A stretch of 63,716 nt of DNA, filler included, from Octopus bimaculoides (taxonomy: Eukaryota), in assembly GCF_001194135.2 (NCBI RefSeq). It is 11 parts of 9 records of this genome, joined end to end, with 100 filler letters (N's around TTAATTAATTAA, not from the genome) between each part and the next. Parts side by side here need not be neighbours in the genome. Positions count along the whole stretch, not along the records: positions 50,084 to 55,027 come from NC_068987.1; positions 55,128 to 57,375 come from NC_068996.1; positions 57,476 to 59,433 come from NC_068981.1; positions 59,534 to 62,326 come from NC_069004.1; positions 62,427 to 63,716 come from NW_026390226.1; 6 more parts are not named here. The stretch is one strand, 5' to 3'. The notes under the pieces were generated by a model. That model ran no database searches and had not been told where the DNA came from. It saw only the letters and a program-made list of their open reading frames with translations. A program made the translations under genes and the position numbers. This document shows, one piece after another, positions 53,328 through 63,716 of the stretch (the first letter of the stretch is position 1; each line of letters begins with the position of its first letter).

Positions 53328-54056
53328 CTCCATTTTACATGCACACACATACTCACACAGAGTTGAAACGCTCCCATGACCAGTTTGCCATCGCCCCTTC
53401 CTTATTCATCTATCACCCCTTTCAATCCCATTCATATGTTGCGACGGAGAAAAACACGAGAGTATTATTATAGTAGATTATCTTTCTTGTATCTCCTTTT
53501 CCTTCTTGTGCGTATACGCAGCATCTTTGGTTACTATGGAAGCAGAGATCTTCGCCACGGTGATATGTAAAATACTCGCTTCTGATTTGCTAAAATACCC
53601 AAATTTTGCAAATGTTAAAGGCTAATAACTTTTTTATTATGGATTTATAGGGAAAATGAATTCCATTTTCATAATTAGTATACAAAACTCAATCCACATA
53701 CCAAATTCGAAAACAGTTGGAACAAAATTGTAAACAGTGACGAAAACCACAAAGATCCCCATCAAAATGTTCTCCATTTGAAACAGTGCATCAGTCCAGG
53801 CGAGTTTTTCACTATTTGAAGCAGTGCTGGAGCTCTTTCCTTTCTTTGGTTTATTCATATGTATTGTTTTATGCTTACCGCTTCTCGATACTGGTAAATA
53901 TGTATAGATATATGTATATGTATCTGAATGTGAATATACACATTCTTATGTTGATGTGTGTGTGTGTATGTGTGCGTGTATACACATATATGTACACATT
54001 TAGATAAACAATTTATGTTTCTCGTTCTGTCTTGCTGTTTATCTTATTCATTCTAG

Positions 54057-54174
54057 GCGAAACCAGGAGAAGAAGAACATGGAGGCTATGGGATGGAGGA
54101 TTGACCTAAGCGATATCAAATTTGGTACCGCCAAACTACGTAGTGGAACCAGTGTGAACTATTGTGGAAGTCAA
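54057..54174 (+). CDS. Next exon: cytoplasmic juxtamembrane segment, receptor guanylyl cyclase-like
   Basis: Polypyrimidine tract plus TTCTAG acceptor; joins the previous exon in frame (AG|G = Arg). Peptide RNQEKKNMEAMGWRIDLSDIKFGTAKLRSGTSVNYCGSQ resembles the E..L....WRI...DI segment of NPR-type cyclases. Donor is CAA|GTTGGT, or alternatively AGT|GTGAAC at 54153. Confidence 0.75.
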
Positions 54175-55239
54175 GTTGGTATAATTTGAATCTTAGTAAA
54201 CTGTGTATTCAAACTCACTTGCATAAAGGCATAAGAAAACACCGATTAAAAAAACACACACACAAAATATATGACAAGATATATACATGTGCATACGACG
54301 TATAAATAATATCCAAATACATTTGCTCGATCAGAAACGACCCAGGCAAAATAGCAACTATTGATACATTATCATCTCTACAATTTTCTGCAATTTTCTA
54401 AAAATAGGAGCCAGCTAGAATGCTTTTTATTACAGGCCTGCTAAATGAAGACTGACCTGGCTTAAACCACATCAAGATCCGCTTTAGATTTTAGTCCTCA
54501 CACCCTAGACATTCATTAGTACGAGTTCATTTAAAACATATGGTTTTCTATTTCTTATTCATTTTGCAGTGTTAGCTGCTTTAACTTTGATTTCAAATTC
54601 CCTAGAATAACAATCGCATGACTGAAAATTCTAGGTTAATGATGCTGACCTTGTTAAAACTACGAACTTTTGACAGAACGAGAAAGAAATCTCATCGGCT
54701 GGGTTTGACAGAGTGACGAATGGAATAAGAAAGAGACTTAACCCTTTTTTTTTAGCTGGTTTGAACAGCAAAACTACATTTACTTTTTAATTCAGAGCCT
54801 ACGCTGAGGTGGTGTTCTAGTAATTAAGGCCGACCGTCATTGTGTAACTGAATCGTGCCCGACAGAATCTTGCTTACATCTCAAAACGGAAACCCTCCAC
54901 TAATTTGTCTCAGCATCATGGGAAGGCAAAGTAAAATCATTGTTAAACTGCAAAAACAGGACTAGTTGGTTCGACTCTCATCCTAGGCTATCGTCTCGAA
55001 ATCTATTTGTCTCACTTCAATATATATNNNNNNNNNNNNNNNNNNNNNNNNNNNNNNNNNNNNNNNNNNNNTTAATTAATTAANNNNNNNNNNNNNNNNN
55101 NNNNNNNNNNNNNNNNNNNNNNNNNNNGTTCCTAGCAATTGAGCTGATTGATGCATACATACATGAATACATACATACATGCATACAAACATACGTACGT
55201 ACATACTTACATACATACATATATACATACATACATACA

Positions 55240-55273
<34 letters not shown>

Positions 55274-55325
55274 CGTACATACATACATACATGCATGCAT
55301 GAACGCAAACACACATACAATCATG

Positions 55326-55388
<63 letters not shown>

Positions 55389-55414
55389 ATGCACACACAT
55401 ATATATATATATAT

Positions 55415-56660
55415 AAGTACTCGCCGTTTTTTTAAATTGTGGAATTTACTGCGTTTTTAAATTTTGGAATCTACTTTTCACAGAATTCTATTTTTGAATC
55501 ATTTTGGAATCTATTTTGTTGTTTTGTTTTGTTTGTGTTTTTCTTTTCTAGTTAAGTTTAGTTAATTTTTGTTTATTTTCAGATAATTAAAATGGAATGT
55601 CAAGTTAAGAAAAACGAGCATTTTCGACACCTCCTTCTTTTTGCTTTTAATCAAGGTTTTCGTTTTTAATCAAGGATTTCGTTTTTAATCAAAGCCGCAA
55701 AAGCTGCTCGAGACATTTGTGCTGTGTATGGAGAGGGTGCCATAGCTGAAAGAACCGCTCGTGATTGGTATGCCAAGTTCAAAAATGGAAATGTTGACCT
55801 CAAAGACGCACCTCATTCTGGCCGTCCAGTTGAGTTCGACGAAGAGCGATTAAACCAACTTTTTCACGAAAATTCTCGTCAAACGACAAGGGAACTGGCA
55901 GATAAAATGGAATGCTCCCACACTGCTATAGAGAAGCATCTTCACTCGATGGGAAAGGTTCAGAAGTATGGAGTATGGGTTCCGCATGCTTTAAGTGACA
56001 ACAACAAAAATCAACGAGTCACAGTCTCCGCTGGTTTGCTTGCTCGTCATTGCTCAACTCATGGACACAAGCAACGATTTCTTTACCGAATCGTTACTGG
56101 CGACGAAAATTGGTGCCTGTACATCAATATGAAGCAGCGTAAGGAATGGCTTAGCCCCGGTAAACAAGCAACACCGTGCGTGAAACAAGATCTTTATCCG
56201 CGTAAAACGATTTTGTGCGTATGGTGTGACTGGGAAGGGATTATCCATTACGAATTGCTTGAACGGAACCAAACGGTCAACGCAGAACTCTATGTTCAAC
56301 AGATGGAACGATTCAACACGGCTATTCAAGAGAAAAGACCTAATCGTCAGCATGGAGTTTTGCTACACGACAACGCCTGCCCTCATATCGTCAATATGAC
56401 CAAGGAAGCCATTCAAACACATGACTGGGAAGTGCTGCCATACCCGCCGCACTCTCCTGATTTGGCACCAACAGATCTCCACCTCTTTCTATCTCTTTCA
56501 AATTCTATGCCCAGAGTTTCGTTCAATATTGATGTAGAATTGAGAGCTTGTTTGGATGAATTTTTCGAGTCGAAATCGGGTGATTTCTACAAACGTGGTA
56601 TTGGAAATCTTATTGATTCATTAGTTGTTACTTTTCATTAAACATTAAAAAAAATTCAAA
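55415..56660 (+). pseudogene. Mariner (DD34D) transposase, nearly intact but inactivated; right end truncated
   Basis: ATG 55592 gives MECQVKKNEHFRHLLLFAFNQG, with an in-frame TAA at 55667 inside a 19-bp triplication. Motifs WVPHAL, IVTGDENW, LLHDNACPH and HSPDLAPTD are present with 34 residues between D2 and D3. The usual C-terminal RW...G.Y segment is missing. Confidence 0.92.
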
Positions 56661-56830
56661 TTAAAAGGATACATACTAACATACATCCATCATTCAATCT
56701 ATCGTTTCTTTCATCCATNNNNNNNNNNTAGATAATTATTTAAAAATGGGTCTTAATACCAAAACAACACAAACATCCACACATATAAACATACATACAT
56801 GAATACATACATATATACATATATACACGT

Positions 56831-56889
<59 letters not shown>

Positions 56890-56890
<1 letters not shown>

Positions 56891-57375
56891 GTATATTTCT
56901 TTATTGGCCATACAGGGCTGAACACAGAGGGAACAAAATACAAAGTAGAGCTTTTCTTTTTAGAAGAGAAAGAAAAAAGTGTATGGGGGTAGAATTTCGA
57001 TCAAAAGGGATCGCGGAAAAAAGAAACAAAAGTGGGGAAGCCGATCAATAGGGATCGTGTATCACAGAAATGTCATAGTATAAATGGGAAACAGATTAGG
57101 TTTATCCGTGGATAGAAAAGCCTACGGAAGAGACCACGGTAAATTCGGGCAATGTCATACAAAAAACATATTACAGTAAGTGACTCTCTTTTTTCCTTTT
57201 TTTTTTTCGTTTCATAGGATTATGCTCACGGTGGCTCCCTCATTCACACGTGCCGTCCTTGCTACATTCTCTCATCTTTTTTGAAACATTTACGAGACAA
57301 AACTTCTCTCTCTACTCTCAAGTGATACCTGAAGAAGTTGATGAGAGATTGACCAGTGAGAAAAGTGTTTGTCTC
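56890..57375 (-). mobile_element. Tx1/L1-clade LINE 3' end plus UTR
   Basis: Minus strand reads ETNTFLTGQSLINFFRYHL(R)VEREVLSRKCFK..W.NVARTARVN..IL*, followed by a UTR running into (TCTA)n. Confidence 0.6.
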
Positions 57376-58500
57376 NNNNNNNNNNNNNNNNNNNNNNNNN
57401 NNNNNNNNNNNNNNNNNNNTTAATTAATTAANNNNNNNNNNNNNNNNNNNNNNNNNNNNNNNNNNNNNNNNNNNNTATTGATAGAAAGGACAACAAAAGA
57501 AAGAAAGACACCTCGATATTATGTAAATAGAGGAACTTATCTGTAAAAATATGTGACACTTATTCGGTAGCCATGATAAAACTCCGAGTTTCGGATGCCG
57601 GGGTGGGAACCCACGCCAACATCCCTTCAGTTATCCGGCCATTGAAAATTCCTATACGAATAAAGATATATGAAATACCACACAAGATAAAGACAAATGA
57701 TTTTCTAAAATGTTTCTTCAATATGTGTGTGTGTGTGTGTCTGTGTGTGTGTGCGTGAAAGACAAGCTCAAGCAAGATAGAAGAAATATAATATAAGCTA
57801 AGACAATTATATTAAATATCAATCGGAACATGAAAATAAACTAGCCTTCATTTGCGCACGTAAATGTTTTTATCTCTCCACTGAAAATGATATTTAGCAG
57901 CTTTTTAGAAACACCTAGTTAGTCCCAAGTATTTCTTTTTAAAGTTCTAAAAGAATTCTTAAAGTTAGGTCTAGAAGTTACATGTTGAAAACTGTGGGCT
58001 TTCATCGTTCTACGAATTTTGTGTATGTTTCTTTGAGTTTTTCTTTTTAAGTTTCACCTGGCTTGTATTCTTAGCAGATTGAAAAATCTTTCTCTTTGCA
58101 GGTTAATTTGTATCACTCATCCAGACATTATAAAATCTTTGTATATTCCCGAGACGTGGTTGTATTTAAAGATAATTTTCACCAATCCAATTTTCTTTTA
58201 AAGAACTTGTTTATATCAGCAAATTCAGCTCTTTATATTGTTTCCGCACTGCTTCTACACTTTGAAGAAAACTGAAAAGTCACGTTCATCTTTTCCTTAA
58301 CAGACTTAAGTCCACACGAACTCTCAGATTACACAGAATTCACAAAACTTACATTAAGGCCTAAAACAGTAAGTGCAAAAAATTTTCGAGGAACGGTGAA
58401 TAGAGAAATACTTATACAAGCGCTGGTGTGGTTGTGTGTTAAGAAGTTTGTCTCCCATGCTCACTGGCTAATCACGACACCATCTGGTACTGTTACTCTA

Positions 58501-58644
58501 TATATCGCTGGTGGGGAGATGAATCGCTGCCATCTCTCGCGGTCGAGTGTCCATCACCGACGAGACCAAACGAAGTTGAAATCATGTGATTTGGTGGTCT
58601 CGGCGCTGGAGGTGACGGGGATTTATCTCCCCACTAGCGATATA
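58501..58644 (+). mobile_element. 144-bp TA-flanked foldback element (25-bp TIRs) carrying a hammerhead-like fold at its tip
   Basis: TATATCGCTGGTGGGGAGATGAATC / GATTTATCTCCCCACTAGCGATATA (2 mismatches, both G:U-compatible), with internal pairing continuing to the centre. Confidence 0.8.
58551..58597 (+). ncRNA. Type I hammerhead ribozyme variant (U4C, G10.1-U11.1)
   Basis: CCAUCA CCGACGA GAC-CAAACGAA-GUU GAAA UCA-UG-UGA U U UGGUGG: 6-bp stem I, 3-bp stem II, stem III with a UG loop, and an AUU site. Confidence 0.6.
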
Positions 58645-58840
58645 AACAAGTGTGCATGTTGCACCAAAAGCCAATATGAGAGTTTCTCTCATGGTAACAA
58701 CTACAGTATAGTTTATTTTAACAGAACATCTACGTTTAAGTGGGGATAGATATTACGTCTCGGTATCAATACTACCTCTGTCGCTATTATATATATATAT
58801 ATGTATTATGTACACACACACATGTACACATACATATATA

Positions 58841-58873
<33 letters not shown>

Positions 58874-58882
<9 letters not shown>

Positions 58883-59020
58883 TACATAGTTAAGGATAAA
58901 ATCAATTAATGATCTTATCAGTGACCAGTATGTAAAAAAACATGCAGGTAAACATTAATATAAATATATAACTATAAGATCATTAATTGATTTTATCCTT
59001 ACTTATGTATGCATATATAT
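58874..59020. mobile_element. AT-rich MITE-like foldback, ~45-bp inverted repeats, next to a (TA)n tract
   Basis: ATATGCATACATAGTTAAGGATAAAATCAATTAATGATCTTAT vs ATAAGATCATTAATTGATTTTATCCTTACTTATGTATGCATAT. Confidence 0.75.
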
Positions 59021-59533
59021 TTATTTATTCACTCCGGTCTTGATATTTACTGCGGTTTTATCTTGATCAAATACGCATGTGACTGAGAAGAAATAATTGG
59101 ATTTGCCTCATATATAAGTGTAGATATATGTATATATTTGTATATATACGAATGTATTTGTATGGGTATCTATATCTATTTATATTTATGTACTTCTGGT
59201 ATATTCTACAGATGACGGTAAAGCGATTCGTGTTACTAAACCATAAATCGGACGTTCTAGAATTAACCTCAAAATCTTAGAAATCCATTTTATTCATTTG
59301 CCCTCTTTCTGCCTTGTGCTAATGGAGTGCAATTTGAAGTGGGTTTGTTTTTTAGAGACTTTTGACGTCTATTTCTAGCGTGTAGGTGCTGTTTCTCAGT
59401 ACCCTTAATTGTAATTATATCTATTTAATTATANNNNNNNNNNNNNNNNNNNNNNNNNNNNNNNNNNNNNNNNNNNNTTAATTAATTAANNNNNNNNNNN
59501 NNNNNNNNNNNNNNNNNNNNNNNNNNNNNNNNN

Positions 59534-59579
<46 letters not shown>

Positions 59580-60062
59580 GTGTAAATGTGTGTGGACGCA
59601 AATGTGTGAGTGTATGTGTATGTGTATTTATACATATATGAGGATGTGTATGTACGTTTGTGTGTGCATGCATATGCGAGTGTGTTTGTATATGTACGTG
59701 AGTGTGTCCGTGCGCGTATGTGTGTGTGTGTGTGTGTGTACGTTCGTCCGTCTAAGTTTCTGTTCTACTCTCATAGAATATTTATAGATTCCACGGCGTT
59801 GTAAACATCACCAAAATTTCACCCGATAATCAGCAATGTCTCGAAGATTAGACTTAATCTCCTTATACACGTATGATACAACACCATCTGCAGAATGTGC
59901 ACACGTTGCCATTGTCTCACTCTTTGTTCTTTTTCTTATTTGTTGTTTGTTTCTTTTTGTTTATCTACAGGTTGTATTACGTAATGCCGAAATAGATTTT
60001 AATGTCTGGCATATCTTCATGTATATATATATATATATATATATCTATATATATATCTATCG

Positions 60063-60097
<35 letters not shown>

Positions 60098-60737
60098 NNN
60101 NNNNNNNNNNNNNNNNNNNNNNNNNNNNNNNNNNNNNNNNNNNNNNNNNNNNNNNNNNNNNNNNNNNNNNNNNNNNNNNNNNNNNNNNNNNNNNNNNNNN
60201 NNNNNNNNNNNNNNNNNNNNNNNNNNNNNNNNNNNNNNNNNNNNNNNNNNNNNNNNNNNNNNNNNNNNNNNNNNNNNNNNNNNNNNNNNNNNNNNNNNNN
60301 NNNNNNNNNNNNNNNNNNNNNNNNNNNNNNNNNNNNNNNNNNNNNNNNNNNNNNNNNNNNNNNNNNNNNNNNNNNNNNNNNNNNNNNNNNNNNNNNNNNN
60401 NNNNNNNNNNNNNNNNNNNNNNNNNNNNNNNNNNNNNNNNNNNNNNNNNNNNNNNNNNNNNNNNNNNNNNNNNNNNNNNNNNNNNNNNNNNNNNNNNNNN
60501 NNNNNNNNNNNNNNNNNNNNNNNNNNNNNNNNNNNNNNNNNNNNNNNNNNNNNNNNNNNNNNNNNNNNNNNNNNNNNNNNNNNNNNNNNNNNNNNNNNNN
60601 NNNNNNNNNNNNNNNNNNNNNNNNNNNNNNNNNNNNNNNNNNNNNNNNNNNNNNNNNNNNNNNNNNNNNNNNNNNNNNNNNNNNNNNNNNNNNNNNNNNN
60701 NNNNNNNNNNNNNNNNNNNNNNNNNNNNNNNNNNNNN

Positions 60738-60788
<51 letters not shown>

Positions 60789-62746
60789 CATATACACATA
60801 TATATTCGCCTTTGTATATGTTTATATGTATATATGAACATATATATGTATATATATGTGTATACAAATATACACACACACAAACATATGTGTGTGTGTA
60901 TGTGTACATAATTTGTTACTATTCCAAGTTACAAATGATTATTTCTCGATTCTGCTATGTATTCTGCAGCTACTTTCCATTTTATACTTCGTATTTTCGT
61001 TGGTTACTAGTGTGAAGGCATTAGTGTTAAACTCCGATTAAGAACTTGGCATGAGCGTGTTAGTCTTAAACTCCGATAAAACTAGTCCTGATCACTTCTT
61101 AAGTTCCTCAGATTTTCGCTTAGTGCAGATTATATTCTTTATTTACTTCGAGATGTTTCTCGTAAGGACGGATGGAAAAAAGACCAAAAGTATTCCATCA
61201 AAGCTGCTTACCTCAGGAAAATCCCGCGAGAGTTAACTGGTATGACCCTGTCAAAAGTTAGGCGTTTCTGCGAAGAGCGATGTGACAATCACCGAAAGAA
61301 ATTATAGCTAAGCACACGATTCTGCTTGGCTGGAAATATTACCAACCGAGCTCCAAACGGTCCTTCGGTGTCCATACAAATGTGTGCCGTTAAAACTTAT
61401 TTTATTTAATCTTTAGGGTAAAAATATAGGAGGTAAGTTAGGGGTATTTTCTTGTTAGTGTTAGGGTAAATATCATGACGTGTTGATTTAATGACAGCCA
61501 TTCAATTATTGAATCGGCATTTCGACAATTAGTCATTTCAGGTTAATTATCTTTTTAAACACGTTGTGCGCTACCTGGCTTACATCTTCGATATTGTTTG
61601 CAGCCAGGATTTTCCTGCAATTAAAATTAATTTTAAACATTCAAATATGTTACCACACACCTCGTCCAATATCCAAAATCTTCTACATTACGTGCTTTTG
61701 GAGTTGAAAGCGTATGAATACTGCTTTTTTCTTTTATCAATTTCTTCAGAAAAGTTGCACGAGCTCTTTGTTTGGACACGAAATGTTTGTATTTGCCAAA
61801 AAACGCAAAAAGAGCTGTTTATCCTGTTTTATAACGTTAAATTCTTTGTAATTTATCGGGGATCTTTTGTGTTTCATATTTATAATTTTTTTTTTTACAT
61901 TTGTTTCTGTTTGTCAAGGTGGCAGTAGTTATTTCCCGATTTAACTGTTTTATTATTAAGTTGTCATTCTTTCTGTTTCTACTAGTGTGTTAACCCTGGT
62001 TCAGTTTAGGTGAAGACATGATATAAAACTTTCCAGCCTTGGACGTCAGTTTCAATTTTATCAGGCCTAGAAGCACTAGTACTACATAATCCCGTCTCAT
62101 TTGTGCTTAAGACGGCAAAGACTGAACCGAAGAGCATTTGACTGTCATGTTCAACGCGCTGAATAACCACCTACAAATTCCGACGTCGGTTAATGAAATA
62201 GGATTTTATTGTTGTTGATGTTGTCATCGTTGTTGTGGCTGGTGTTGTTATTTGAGTGCAAGTTTCGCATTATGAAGCAATGTTATTATAGATCACGCAG
62301 TATCTACTATATATATATATATATATNNNNNNNNNNNNNNNNNNNNNNNNNNNNNNNNNNNNNNNNNNNNTTAATTAATTAANNNNNNNNNNNNNNNNNN
62401 NNNNNNNNNNNNNNNNNNNNNNNNNNTATCTATCTATCTATCTATCTATCTAGCTAGCTAGCTAGCTAGCTAGTTAACTAGCTAGCTAGTTAACTAGCTA
62501 TCTAACTAGCTACTTACCTATCTCTAAAGTTCTCTATCCAATTTTCTATCTGTATCTCTGATTTACCAACTTGTACGAAAATGTACATGTTAATATGCTT
62601 ATGTTCACACGTATATCTCTGAAGTATATTTATGAGTTTCAATAAATATCCACATGTTGCTATTATATATATGTGTGTGTATGCATATATATGATAGCAT
62701 TCATACGTGTGTGTATGTATATACATAGAGAGATAGATAGATAGAA

Positions 62747-62780
<34 letters not shown>

Positions 62781-62803
62781 NNNNNNNNNNTAGATAGATA
62801 GAA

Positions 62804-62840
<37 letters not shown>

Positions 62841-63716
62841 TTGATAGATAGATACACACACATATGTATCTGTAAATATAGATATATTTATATGGATATA
62901 CATATAGTTATATATATATGCATATACATATAAACACTAGATATATGTGTACATATATTTGTGCATGTATGTATGTATGTATGTATGCATGTATGTATGA
63001 ATGTTTGTATGTGCTTGCATTCCAGCACATAAAGCTTATATAATATACATAATTAACATGACACTATGTTAGTTTGTATTTCTAAAAGCATTTACAAATG
63101 TATGTATATACTCATCTAAATAAACTTGTAAATGTGTATGATTGGAGGAATTTGCGTGTGAGTCAGTACCCGTGTATATACATATGTGTGTGTGTATTTA
63201 TGTATTGATGTATGCATGTATGTATGAACCAACAAATAGTGGAATGTACAACCATACATACAAATACGTATATACGTATTTACATAAAAACATACGTTTC
63301 TAACTATATACATATACATGCTATCATTATATAGATAATATATTTGTATATCTGTCTCTATAGAAATATGAATCTCTGTGTGCATGCATGTGTGTAACAT
63401 ATATATATATATATATANNNNNNNNNNTATATATATATATATATATGTATAAATATATGTATGCAGGAGAGCCAGGGACTTCGTCAGGGTGGAAAACTGT
63501 AATTTATATAACACTCAATATGAAATTAATGCATAGCTCTGTGTTGTATATAATATGTATTGTAACTGTATGGAATTATTATTTGCTGGAATTGCTTCCT
63601 CCTTGTGTATCGTTAGAGTATGGTATAAGTAGTCAGACTAAGTAATCATTCCATTCTGATATACACACATACATGCATACATGCATACATGCATGCATAC
63701 ATACATACATACATAC

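Noticed and set aside
59971-60020. Good acceptor (TCTACAG) followed by VVLRNAEIDFNVWHIF
   Set aside because: No convincing donor before the (TA)n tract and no kinase-homology similarity.
35821-60909. Numerous long YI/CV/HT/X-rich ORFs in the track
   Set aside because: Translations of (TA)n, (TG)n, (CA)n tracts and N gaps.
61417-61432. 16-nt micro-exon with AG|GTAAGT
   Set aside because: Lies in a TTAGGG-rich degenerate repeat; no supporting frame information.
61566-61928. ORF containing AIK...VLLELKA, reminiscent of the cyclase kinase-homology VAIK..LxELK motif
   Set aside because: Spacing is 25 residues rather than about 14, there is no G-x-Y-K-G upstream, and the splice phase does not fit.
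1-63716. CRISPR arrays, rRNA or genuine tRNA genes, prokaryotic operons
   Set aside because: None seen; tRNA-like sequences are SINE heads and the DNA is eukaryotic.

Overview
AT-rich, microsatellite-dense eukaryotic DNA. The repeat families look like those of an octopod cephalopod (Octopus-like draft assembly); this is inferred, not proven. Most of the window is intron/intergenic sequence packed with decayed transposons: RLE (R4/Dong-like), RTE, Tx1/L1 and CR1/L2 LINE fragments, at least three SINE families, two dead mariner copies, hAT MITEs and a 91-bp mini-Helitron. The only well-supported host coding sequence is a pair of + strand exons (51548-51632 and 54057-54174). They splice in frame into a transmembrane helix plus a juxtamembrane segment resembling receptor (membrane) guanylyl cyclases. 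The most interesting observation is three type I hammerhead-ribozyme folds, each at the tip of a ~145-180 bp rod-like hairpin whose recognisable ends begin with TATAT. One has an intact catalytic core with a GUC site (2408-2469, - strand). A degenerate one lies ~345 nt away in a tandem duplication, giving a retrozyme-like 311-nt cleavage-to-cleavage unit. A slightly decayed third lies at 58551-58597 (+ strand), probably in the intron of the cyclase-like gene. All folds were worked out by eye and need computational and biochemical confirmation. Most ORFs in the supplied track are artefacts of microsatellites or N gaps, and ten 100-bp gaps contain an artificial TTAATTAATTAA linker.
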